Source of the DNA: Fimbriimonadales bacterium
GTDB lineage: Bacteria; Armatimonadota; Fimbriimonadia; Fimbriimonadales; ATM1
Direction: 5' to 3'
Assembly: GCA_051003155.1 (NCBI GenBank)
Contig: JBPCLO010000053.1
Location: 1-64,000, forward strand
Length of the DNA: 64,000 nucleotides
Shown here: positions 1-9,200 of the stretch, in pieces
Layout: each line of letters begins with the position of its first letter
Position numbering within the stretch: the first letter of the stretch is position 1
Position numbers and translations under genes: made by a program
The notes under the pieces: generated by a model
Databases searched by the model: none
What the model was told of the DNA's origin: nothing
What the model saw: only the letters and a program-made list of their open reading frames with translations

Positions 1-114
1 GTTTTGGTCCGCGGCGAACGAGGCCTTGAGTTTTTCCAACTCCTTCGCGTAGTCGGTCGCTAATGCGCCGCCCATCAAGAGCACGCTTACGAAAAAAAGC
101 ATCAATCGGCGCAT
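1..114 (-). CDS. 5' end of a secreted protein, continues beyond window start ([38 protein letters not shown]...)
   Basis: Manual translation; GGAGGTGA RBS just upstream of ATG at 114; signal-peptide-like N-terminus. Confidence 0.7.
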   Translation of the reverse strand, partial: MRRLMLFFVSVLLMGGALATDYAKELEKLKASFAADQN

Positions 115-353
115 GGGTTCACCTCCAGAGTGTAATCGCACTCTACATCACGTTCCGTTTTTGCGTTGTGAAAACTTCATGGAATTGGACAGGCAGGGGC
201 TCACGATCAACGGAGAGGCTCGTCCGAGGCAGAATACGATATTCTGTACCTCTCGCCTCTCAAGGGCCAAAAGTGGCGTTCATAGACGTTCGCCCCTATT
301 CCTACATAATGAGCATGGGCAGGCCCGCTTCAAAGCGGGCTCGGGAGAGAACA

Positions 354-559
354 ATGAAACGATTCTTGATGAATTCGACAGCGGCGGTGGCCCGTGGCGA
401 GAGAAGAGTGAAGACGGGATTCGCGCATCGCTTGATCGGTGTCGTCGTGGGGCAGGTCACGACGGAGGCCTGGGTCGCACGCTACAACGGCCCAGGAAAC
501 GACCTTGACAATGCCAGCGCGCTGGCCGTGGACGCTGCGGGCAACGTTTACGTCTGCGG
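354..559 (+). pseudogene. Truncated SBBP (seven-bladed beta-propeller) repeat protein fragment
   Basis: [30 protein letters not shown] is an SBBP-type repeat; coding similarity stops where repeat A1 begins (556). Confidence 0.65.
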
Positions 560-648
560 ACGAAGACGGACGAGCCTATTGGCGAGCGCATCGCGCTAAA
601 CGCGAGTCCTCTCCCTCGAAAAGCCAGTGAGATACCAGCGAACCCGAT
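556..648 (+). repeat. Repeat family A, copy A1 (degenerate)
   Basis: gcggacgaagacggacg...cgcgagtcctctccctcgaaaagccagtgaga aligns by eye with 649-740 and 4113-4205. Confidence 0.85.
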
Positions 649-808
649 GCGGACGCAGACGGACGACGTTTTGGCGGGCGCATCGCGATAAACGCGAGTC
701 CTCTGCCTCGAAAAAGGCAGTGAGAAACCGCCGCGCCGACCATAGTCACGATCCTTCTTGCTGAGATAGGCGTTTGTCATCTTCATGGGGTTGGGTGTTC
801 TAAAGACC
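649..808 (+). repeat. Repeat family A, copy A2 (longest)
   Basis: 649-768 near-identical to 4113-4233; 753-808 matches 3097-3147. Confidence 0.9.
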
Positions 809-1190
809 GCCCTCACTGCCGCGGGTCTACCGCTTCCGGATATCGTTTCCTTCCTGTCATGTCCGTTCTCCTATTCTGCAGCAGAACCCTATATTCCAGG
901 TGTGGAAACTCTAAGGGGAACCTGTCAGTAGAGCTCCTCGCGGCTCATCTTGTTGAGCGTCTTATTTGTATCTGGGTCTGCCATGTAAAACTATGGCGCA
1001 ACCGACATAACGTGATCAAATGGTCTAATCGCCAGAACTGTATTTCAACCAAACCAACTCAATCTTCGTAAGAATGAGTCGATACTGCTCCGACGAGGCG
1101 TCGAAGCTGGTCGACACTTTGGCAAGGCAACAGATTTTCAACCAGTGGGCTCAATAATTTGACAAATCAGCTCCATAAACCGGCTCATCC

Positions 1191-1958
1191 ATGAATCAAG
1201 CGTCCAAGCCAATTCTCCTGCATATTCCACATTCTTCGGTGCACATTCCAGAAGCGGACGGCTGGGAATGGCTCGTCGACAAAGCTGCGCTTCAGTGCGA
1301 AGTTCAGGTCATGACTGATCACTTCACGGACGAGCTATTTGAATCGCCACGGACCGATCGATTGGTCGCAAACGTTTCGCGGCTCGTAGTGGACGTTGAG
1401 CGCTTCAGGGACGATGCTCTTGAGCCAATGGCTGAAAAAGGCATGGGTGCCGCCTACACAAAGACGCACGACGGACAGGAGTTCAAGCTCGTCTATGATC
1501 GCGAAGCGATTCTTCGCCAATTCTATGATCCACACCATGAGGCATTGGAGAATTGGGTAGACGCGGCTTTGACCCAGCATGGAGCGTGTTTCATCATCGA
1601 CTGTCACAGCTTCCCAAATAAAGCGCTCACTTGCGATCTCGATCAATCCCCAAATCGGCCCGATTTCTGTATCGGAACTGATGCGTTTCACACGCCAGAT
1701 GTCCTAACAATTTGCGCCGTGGACTTCCTGGCCAAGGCTGGCCAATCATTGTGGGTGAACAAGCCCTACGCCGGAAGCATCGTTCCTTTGTCGCGCTACC
1801 AGAAAGACGTTCGTGTTGCCTCAATCATGGTCGAAGTCAATCGAAGGCTCTACATGGATGAACGGGACGGAACCAAACAGTGCTTTGCTGATGTCACGGG
1901 CGTAGTCGGTGAATTACTAGAACGTCTGAGCGCACAAATGAGCAGAATTCAAAATTGA
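1191..1958 (+). CDS. N-formylglutamate amidohydrolase family protein
   Basis: LHIPHSS, TDHFTDEL, SRLVVDVERF, IDCHSFP, NKPYAGS, MVEVNRRLY motifs. Confidence 0.85.
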   Translation: MNQASKPILLHIPHSSVHIPEADGWEWLVDKAALQCEVQVMTDHFTDELFESPRTDRLVANVSRLVVDVERFRDDALEPMAEKGMGAAYTKTHDGQEFKLVYDREAILRQFYDPHHEALENWVDAALTQHGACFIIDCHSFPNKALTCDLDQSPNRPDFCIGTDAFHTPDVLTICAVDFLAKAGQSLWVNKPYAGSIVPLSRYQKDVRVASIMVEVNRRLYMDERDGTKQCFADVTGVVGELLERLSAQMSRIQN

Positions 1959-2082
1959 TGCTGCCTTCATAGCGTTGTGACGTTGATCAACATCCTGGAT
2001 ACCGATTCCAGAATTCCGCCTCGAGCCTCAACTCTTCGACCGATGCGTTTCCGTTGGCGCGACTGCAACTTCTGCAACCAGA

Positions 2083-2308
2083 TCAATTTGCAATCCGTTC
2101 GATCACCTCACGAAGTTCCAAGTTCTCCAACGATCTCGTGGGAAGTGAGTCCATACCTAAAAACGCACCAAGGAGGTTTCCGCAAATGGCGCCTGTACTG
2201 TCGGTGTCACCATCGTGGTTGACCGCCAATCGAACACCCATTTCAATGCCGCCTTCCGACTTTAGAGCGCAGTATGCGGCGATCGCCAGCGCTTCTTCAG
2301 CAACCCAT
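2083..2308 (-). pseudogene. C-terminal fragment of an ADP-ribosylglycohydrolase (DraG/ARH family)
   Basis: [10 protein letters not shown]...[21 protein letters not shown] motif; no N-terminal part; fused out of frame to the upstream fragment. Confidence 0.8.
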
Positions 2309-2581
2309 GAGGACGACACCCCGCCCGTTCACCATTGCATTGCGCTTGCCGATCTGAAGACTTACGTTGTGCCCTGCGTTAGCTGCCACAACCGTGCGGG
2401 TGGCGGCTTGCCATCGAACTTTCGCGCCCATCTCTTCGAAGACCCCACGCAAAGGCACCAAAACGCGGCCGTGGCTAATCGTCGGGGCGACGTCAGGAAA
2501 GTTGACAATATTGCCGTTTACGTAAACGGTAATCGCCGCTTGGGCCATCGCCGTGACTGTTACTAATACGGCCAAGCTCAT
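2297..2581 (-). pseudogene. N-terminal fragment of a copper amine oxidase N-terminal (stalk) domain protein
   Basis: ITVYVNG..VNFPDVAP.ISHGRVLVPLRGVFEEMGAKVRW; cut at VNGRGVVL. Confidence 0.75.
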
Positions 2582-2629
2582 TCCTCAATTAATCCGTACG
2601 ACATTCCTGCGGAAGCTGCTTGGCGTCTA

Positions 2630-2691
2630 ATTGTTAGCATGGAGCGCAAAGGTTTCACTCATTGTTAGCATGGAGCGCAAAGGTTTCACTC
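2630..2691 (+). repeat. Perfect 31-bp tandem duplication (attgttagcatggagcgcaaaggtttcactc x2)
   Basis: 2630-2660 identical to 2661-2691. Confidence 0.95.
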
Positions 2692-3113
2692 TCATCGAGT
2701 TGCTCGTCGTCATCGCCATCATCGGAATCTTGGCAACCGTGCTCTTTCCGGTACTCGCAAAGGCAAAGGAGACCGCTAAGAAGTCCACCTGCCTTTCGAA
2801 CATGCGGCAGATCGCGACGGCCGCCCAACTCTATATCGACGCTGAGGATGGCGCCCTCTTCCACCACCACGAAGATTGGGTTCTGGATGACGGGACTCTG
2901 ACCGAACAACTTCCCGGTAGTCCTGACGGGTGCGTCGGAGGCGGCTTCGGCAACAGCCAAGCCGAGAAGCCGTGGGCGATTTTCTTTATGCCCTATACTG
3001 CCAGCCGCCAGATATTCTTCTGCCCGTCGGACACGACGCCGCGTTCGAAGATCCTCGCCACAGACATTTACGAAAACTCGAGTCTCGATGGCGGGCCCTT
3101 CTTGCTGAGGTAG
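2670..3113 (+). pseudogene. 3'-truncated prepilin-type N-terminal cleavage/methylation (DUF1559-like) gene
   Basis: [28 protein letters not shown]...CLSNMRQI...FFCPSD; lacks the C-terminal H-X-DG motif and ends inside repeat A4. Confidence 0.8.
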
Positions 3114-3147
3114 GCGTTTGTCATCTTCATGGGGTTCGGTGAAGACC
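3097..3147 (+). repeat. Repeat family A, partial copy A4
   Basis: ccttcttgctgaggtaggcgtttgtcatcttcatggggttcggtg matches 753-797 with 2 mismatches. Confidence 0.9.
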
Positions 3148-3270
3148 ATCGTGGTGTGCTCGATGCAATCGCTCGTTCGAAGGAACGTTGTTGACGAGAT
3201 CATCGAAGCAATCGAGCACGAGCAGAAACACGGCGACAGGAAGCTTGTCCCGGTTCTCCTCGACGACTAC
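3142..3270 (+). pseudogene. Internal fragment of a TIR-domain protein
   Basis: KTIVVCSMQSL...VVDEIIEAIEHE...KLVPVLLDDY resembles the bacterial TIR_2 betaC-alphaC-betaD segment. Confidence 0.6.
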
Positions 3271-3470
3271 CAGGTTCCCGGAGTTCTGCTGGTTGTTCGA
3301 GTTGCAGGTGAGACCAGAAGTGTTCTTCCAAGTCGTAGGGTTGAACGAATCGTCGTATATGAACCGAAGTTGTAGCCGCCGTTTCGCGTGGAGTTATCGA
3401 GCGTGAGCCTGTCTTTCGAGTCGTAGCCGAATGTCAGCGCCCCGCCTTGGGTCGTAACTGTAGGGACCCC
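3271..3470 (-). pseudogene. Frameshifted RHS/YD-repeat fragment
   Basis: LTFGYDSKDRLTLDNSTRNGGYNF, then in a shifted frame FIYDDSFNPTTWKNTSGLTCNSNNQ. Confidence 0.65.
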
Positions 3471-3483
3471 TCGGTCACGACGC

Positions 3484-3915
3484 CTATTCATCGAAGAGCC
3501 ATGTTGGCCGTGACCATCGATCCGCCGCGTCTAGGAAACCGAAGGTGTTGTCCGGATCAACCCCCGTGGCATCCAAGAATCGGAAGAAAGCCGCTATTGC
3601 TTTGCATTGCGCGATCGTGAACTTGGAGAAGTACCCATGTGTTTTCGCGCTTTCTAAATCGTCGGGATAGAGGAACAAATAGAACGACCAATACGGATCA
3701 TCTGGTCCGTTTCTGAGCCGCGTCGGTTTGGAAAGAATCGCCTTGAGCGAAACTGGGAGCAACTGACAAACACTCATTGCCTGGAGTGACCACGGGTCGT
3801 CCATTTCCTCTTCGATGTCTTGCGTTGATAGGGATTCGTATGGATTCGGCCCGGTTGGTGGCGAAGCGCTGTCAATTAGACTAACCAGAGCCTCTCTAGT
3901 CATCGGCACGGTCAT
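3484..3915 (-). CDS. Hypothetical protein, possibly DUF6714-like orphan immunity protein
   Basis: Intact 143-aa ORF; FSKFTIAQCKAIAAFFRFL segment recalls DUF6714; next to an RHS remnant. Confidence 0.45.
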   Translation of the reverse strand: MTVPMTREALVSLIDSASPPTGPNPYESLSTQDIEEEMDDPWSLQAMSVCQLLPVSLKAILSKPTRLRNGPDDPYWSFYLFLYPDDLESAKTHGYFSKFTIAQCKAIAAFFRFLDATGVDPDNTFGFLDAADRWSRPTWLFDE

Positions 3916-4112
3916 AGGATCAAGCGAGGGACTTTGTACGAAAGTTGAGCACGACGCTCCTTTTTATAGGGACGCATCAAAGCGCTCCTTTTTATAGCGT
4001 ATCACTCAGTTCGCCCTCGTCCTTACGTTCTTCCATTATCGCCCAAAGCGGGCACTAGGCGGCCCGTAGGACGCGTTTAGGGTCTTTGCCCATAGGACAA
4101 TGACCCGGCCGC

Positions 4113-4233
4113 GCGGACGCAGACGGACGACGTTTTGACGAGCGCATCGACGATAAACGCGAGTCCTCTGCCTCGAAAAAGGCAGTAAGAAACCACCGCA
4201 CCGACCATAGTCACAATCCTTCTTGCTGAGATA
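4113..4233 (+). repeat. Repeat family A, copy A3
   Basis: Near-identical to 649-768. Confidence 0.9.
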
Positions 4234-4286
4234 TTCAGCCAGCAGGGGCAGCTACACGGGCCGTAGCCGGCGTTTAGCTGCCCGGA

Positions 4287-4427
4287 CCTTGCCGATGTAG
4301 CCTATTGGATTTCGCGGACGAACACGGACGCCCTTTTACGGTGTGCAAGGATTCGTCGCTTTCCCCGCAGGGCTTCCCCTTGGGCATGGCGCGCTGAACC
4401 CACTCGTGGTCAGCGAACAGTGTCTAC
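4287..4427 (+). repeat. Repeat family B, copy B1
   Basis: Aligns with 5391-5528; contains gcggacgaacacggacg, a variant of the family A head motif. Confidence 0.9.
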
Positions 4428-4753
4428 CGCTTTCTGCTCCTAAGCTGGTTGGGCGACGGGCGGCCCGGTCAGCTCGAAAAGTCTCTCCAGGTTTCTCTTC
4501 AGTGAATTAGGGACAAAACCTTCGGCCCTGTCCCGGGCACGCCCGCGGCATCGATTATCCTTCGTTCGATTCGTCAATTACGGCGCCACATAACAGACCT
4601 CGCCTCGATGCTCATCGAATATTCAGGTATTCGACATCCGACCGACAGTTTCATGCGATTAAATTTGTTTCGTGTCCAATGTCGCAGATAATAAGGTCAT
4701 CGCGCGGATCTGATAATGCTGGCGTCAGGCACCTTAGTTAGGAGAAAAAGAAA

Positions 4754-5272
4754 ATGAACAATCGGAAAGGACTCAAATTAATTCTCGGCCTCGGCCTAGT
4801 TGCCGGACTTTCGCTCGTCGCATACGCGGTGCATGACACTGGAAACAACATTCTGACCTTCGCACCGGTCGTTGGTTCAGAGTCGCCAAATGCAAGAGGT
4901 AGCGGCGAGACCCAGATAACGGGCGGGCGGATCGACACCGCGCTTAACAACGGAGTGGACGATGGAACAGATGTATGGCGAGCATCGTTCCAATTCTCGG
5001 GCCTGAGGTCCAGACGAATGTACACCATCACCGTGCCAGGGCGTTTTGACGCGCCACCCCCAGCAGAGTCAGGCATTGTCACCTTCGTTACCGACTCGAG
5101 TGGAAATAGCCGAATCTGGTTCCAATTTGCCGGTCTGGCCCGACTTGGGGTTGCGCGCCTTCGTCTTGGCGGCGACCAAGGTCCAGTTGTCCTTCAAGCC
5201 ACCAGAGCTCCCGGCGGACCCGGCACGATCGTGACCCAAGCGGGCGGTGGATGGGGTGGATGGGGCGGCTAA
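4754..5272 (+). CDS. Hypothetical secreted protein
   Basis: AGGAG RBS, signal peptide, intact 172-aa ORF, downstream hairpin. Confidence 0.75.
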   Translation: MNNRKGLKLILGLGLVAGLSLVAYAVHDTGNNILTFAPVVGSESPNARGSGETQITGGRIDTALNNGVDDGTDVWRASFQFSGLRSRRMYTITVPGRFDAPPPAESGIVTFVTDSSGNSRIWFQFAGLARLGVARLRLGGDQGPVVLQATRAPGGPGTIVTQAGGGWGGWGG

Positions 5273-5295
5273 AAAGCCTAAGACACCCTAAAGTC

Positions 5296-5329
5296 GGATG
5301 GCCAGCAATGCAATTTCGCCTGGCCATCC
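5296..5329 (+). terminator. Hairpin, possible terminator
   Basis: ggatggccag / ctggccatcc 10-bp inverted repeat after the 4754 ORF; weak U-tract. Confidence 0.4.
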
Positions 5330-5390
5330 TTAGTTATCATGATCCGTTGCCAAAGAGACGGTGGCTTGGAATCTCATTATGGTGCCTTGC

Positions 5391-5528
5391 CCTTGCGATA
5401 TAGCCTATTGGGTTTCGCGGACGAACACGGACGCCCTTTTATGGCGAGCAAGATTCGTCGCCTTCCCCGCAAGGGCTTCCCCTTGCACTGCGCGCTGAAC
5501 CCCGTCGTGGTCGGCAAACAGCGTCAAC
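5391..5528 (+). repeat. Repeat family B, copy B2
   Basis: Direct repeat of 4287-4427 with scattered mismatches. Confidence 0.9.
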
Positions 5529-5634
5529 ACATCGTCGTACTCGCCCTGCGTGATCTCGATGGAGCCGGGGTCAGGGGCTCATGTTTCACGACCCCGCGAT
5601 CCTCTATGCTCACACGCCTGTGGGGTGGCACTTC

Positions 5635-5775
5635 TCAGGCAAACATGCCCTTGTAGTGGCGATACCAGTCGCTCTGGAACCGCTCATCCGGATCGTACTG
5701 GAGCTTCTTTGCGAGGAAGTCGGGAAACTGCGGATAACAGGCAAGGACCTGATCCTTGCGCGGCGCGGCGCGATG
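5635..5775 (-). pseudogene. C-terminal fragment of an FAD-linked oxidase
   Basis: Manual translation RKDQVLACYPQFPDFLAKKLQYDPDERFQSDWYRHYKGMFA*; K..YDP...F is typical of FAD-oxidase C-termini. Confidence 0.65.
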
Positions 5776-5986
5776 TGATTCTCATGCGTTTGAACCGTGT
5801 TTACCCCTTGTTTCCGATGACCTGCTAGGCGGAGGGGAAGCAACAAACTACTCCTGCGCAACGAATCCGCAAGCAGTGGGCTCGGCTACGCGATAATTCT
5901 CGACGACAAGGGTGGCACCACGGCCTTGCCGGTTCTGGGTACCATCGCAACCGCGCTGCGGGAGAGCGCTGCCCTCCCGTGCGTAC

Positions 5987-6295
5987 CTACTTGCCGACGT
6001 ACTTCTTCGGGTCGGAGATGAACTCGGCCTTCTCCGCCTCGTCACAGAAGACGTAAGTCTTTCCACCGTAGTCGAGAATGGCCTTGACCTCCTCCTCGGC
6101 GGGCGTCTTACCCTCCTTGATCATGCACACGGCGCACACGCCCTGGTCGCCGACCTTCTTGCTGCCCTGGTCGTAGCTCATGGCAACGGGGGTCGTTGTC
6201 GCGGGCGTTTCGGTGTTCGCCGCGCCCTCGTCCTTGTTGCCGCATCCGGCGATAGCTAGTGCCGCAAACGCGGCGATGATTGCGATGTTCTTCAT
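5987..6295 (-). CDS. YHS-domain lipoprotein
   Basis: Lipobox IAGC; CAVC...YGGKTYVFCDEAEKAEFISDPKKY. Confidence 0.8.
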   Translation of the reverse strand: MKNIAIIAAFAALAIAGCGNKDEGAANTETPATTTPVAMSYDQGSKKVGDQGVCAVCMIKEGKTPAEEEVKAILDYGGKTYVFCDEAEKAEFISDPKKYVGK

Positions 6296-6297
6296 TA

Positions 6298-9200
6298 TCA
6301 GGTTGCCTCCTTGGGTTCCATTCGGTGGATGTGCTCCGGCTCCTCTTCGGGAGCGATGAACTTGGGCAGATCGCTTGTCGCGACGTCCTCCTGCCCTGGC
6401 GGTTGGCCCTTCTTGCCCGAAACCAGCATGTAGAGCGCGGGTAGGACGAGCAGGGTCAATATGGTCGAGGTGATGATGCCGCCGATGACAACGGTGGCGA
6501 GGGGCTTTTGCACCTCCGCGCCCTTGCCGGTCGACAGGGCCATGGGCAGGAATCCGATGCTGGCGACGGTGGCGGTCATGAGCACGGGACGCAGCCTCGT
6601 GCGGCAGGCCCCCAAGACAGCCTCCATCGGGGAGTATCGCTCATTGCGCAGCTGGTTGATGAACGTCACGAGGACGACGCCGTTGAGCACGGCGACGCCG
6701 AACAGGGCGATAAAGCCGATACCGGCCGAGATCGAAAAAGGCATCCCGCGCAAGTATAGGGAGAGGATGCCGCCAGTGATGGCGAACGGGACGCCGGTGA
6801 ACACGAGGGCAGCGTACTTGGCCGACCGAAAGGTGATGAACAGGAGCATGAAAACCACGGCGAACGTGATCGGCACGACGACCTTCAGACGCGCCTGAGC
6901 GGATTGGAGATGCTCGTATTGGCCGCCCCACTCGATGTGGTATCCGGCCGGGAGCTTGACCTTTTCATCTACCCTTTGCTTGGCCTCCTCGACGAAGCCG
7001 CCGAGGTCGCGGCCCCTGACGTTGGCCTGGACTGCGATACGTCGCTGCCCGCTCTCACGGCTGATCTGCACCGGCCCTTCGAGGCTCTCGATGTCGGCGA
7101 GCAGTCCAAGGGGTACGCGCTGACCGTTCTTTCCCCCAACGGGGAGCCGTCGGATGGCGTCGGGGTCGCCGCGATATGACTCTCGGAAGCGCAAAACGAT
7201 GTCGTAGCGGGCAGCGCCCTCGAGCACCTGGCCGACCGCCGTTCCTCCTATCGCGGTCTCGATGACGTCCTGCACGTCCCCGACGTTAATCCCGTATCGG
7301 GCGATATCGTCCCGCCTGATCCTGATCTGCAGCACGGGCAAGCCCGCCGTGGCCTCCACGATGATGTCCTGGCCGCCCTTGATCTCCCGCATGACGCCCG
7401 CGACGTCCGCGGCTTTTTGCTGCAGGATTGCCATGTCCGGGCCGAACACCTTCGCGCCGACCTCGGAGCGGACGCCGATCCCTTCGGACATTTCGGTCAT
7501 GCGCATCTCGATCGGCTGGGTGAAGGAGACCTTCATGCCCGGTATGTCGGCAAGGGCGAGCGTCATTTTGTCGATCAGCTCGGCCTTGGTGCGGGCCTCT
7601 TTCCATTGCGACATCGGCTTCAAGGGCATGTAAATATCGTGTTGGGAGAGGAGCATGGGATCGGTGGCCACGTCGGGTCGGCCGATCCTCGTGGCCACGC
7701 CCTCGATCTCGTTCGGGAACTTGCGAAGGAGCAGCTGTTCGACCAGGGTCGCGCGCTCCATTGCGGTCTCGACCGAGATACCGGGCAGATAGCCGGGGTT
7801 TATGCAGATGGCCCCCTCGTCGAGCTTAGGCAAGAACTCTGAGCCGAGCATCGGAAAGAGCGACGCGCAAGCCACGAAGAACGCGGCTGCGCCGATGACG
7901 ACCGCGGTCCGCCACCGGATCGCCCAACGCACGATGGGAAGGTATTGCCGCAGGAGCCACTCGACGACCGGGTTCGGCTTGTCTACCTTGGTCCGAAGAT
8001 AGTAGGCGCAGAGCGCGGGGATCAGCGTCGCGGACAGAAGCAGAGCGCCGGCCAGCGCGAAGACGACGGTCAGCCCCATCGGCCTGAACATCTTGCCCTC
8101 GACCCCGATCAAGCTGAGAACCGGCAGGTAGGCGGCGATGATGATCATCTCACCGAATTGGCTCGCCTGCCGGACCTCGACGGTTCCACTGCGGATGGTC
8201 TCGAGCCGCTCGGGCTGGGTGAGATCGCGGTCCAGCTCGTGCCGGCGAATGGCAAGTCTTCGCACGCAGTTCTCGACGATGATGACGGCAGCGTCCACGA
8301 TGAGCCCGAAGTCGATCGCGCCAAGCGACATCAGGTTCGCCGACACGCCGAAATACTTCATTCCGACAATGGCGAACAGCATCGCGAGCGGAATGGCGGA
8401 GCTGACGATGAGGCCCGCCCGCAGTTGTAGCAGGAAGAGGAAGAGAATGAGGATGACCAGCACGCCGCCCTCGACCAGGTTCGTCCCGGCCGTGTGTAGG
8501 GTCTCGTCGACCAGGGTCGTGCGGTCGAGAAAGCCCACTAGCTGGATGCCCTTGGGCATCTCCATTTGGATTTCGGCGACCCGCTCTTTCACTCGCTCGG
8601 TGGCGATGCGAGTGTTCTCGCCCATCAGCATGACCGCGATGGCGGCGACCGCCTCGCCTTTGCCGTCCTTGGTTATTGTTCCTTGCCTGATGCCCGGCCC
8701 GAACTCGACGTGCGCGACATCGCGGACTAGAACGGGAACGCCCCGCTCAGAGGAGAGCACGATGTTCCTGATGTCGTCGAGACTCTTGACCGTGCCCACG
8801 CCCTGAACGATCTGTTGCTCGTCCTCCTTTCGGATGTAAGCTCCGCCGGCGTTGCGATTATTCTTTTGAAGAGCGTCGCGCACGTCCGCCAACTGAAGGT
8901 TGTGGGCACGCAGCTTCTCCGGGTCCGCTAGGACCTGATATTGCTTTACATGGCCGCCGAAGCTGTTGATCTCGATGATGCCGCGCACGGTTCGGAGACG
9001 GGGCTTCACCTGCCAATCCAGGATCGATCGCCGCTCCATGAGCGAGAACTTCTCTCCCTCGACGAAGACGTAATAGATCTCGCCCAGGCCCGTGGCGATG
9101 GGCGCCAAGGTCGGCGACTCGATGCCCGGCGGCAGCGCTTCCTTTGCCTCGCTGAGACGTTCGTTGACCTGCTGCCTCGCCCAATACACGTCCGTGCTGT

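Noticed and set aside
859..1150. ORF 859-1071 and surrounding lower-GC sequence
   Set aside because: No recognisable motif in the frames I read; probably further decayed cargo, left unassigned.
556..5528. CRISPR array or integron attC array
   Set aside because: Repeats are 50-160 bp, irregularly spaced and of two types; no cas genes, no attC RYYYAAC/GTTRRRY ends seen, and the integrase is phage/ICE-like rather than IntI-like.
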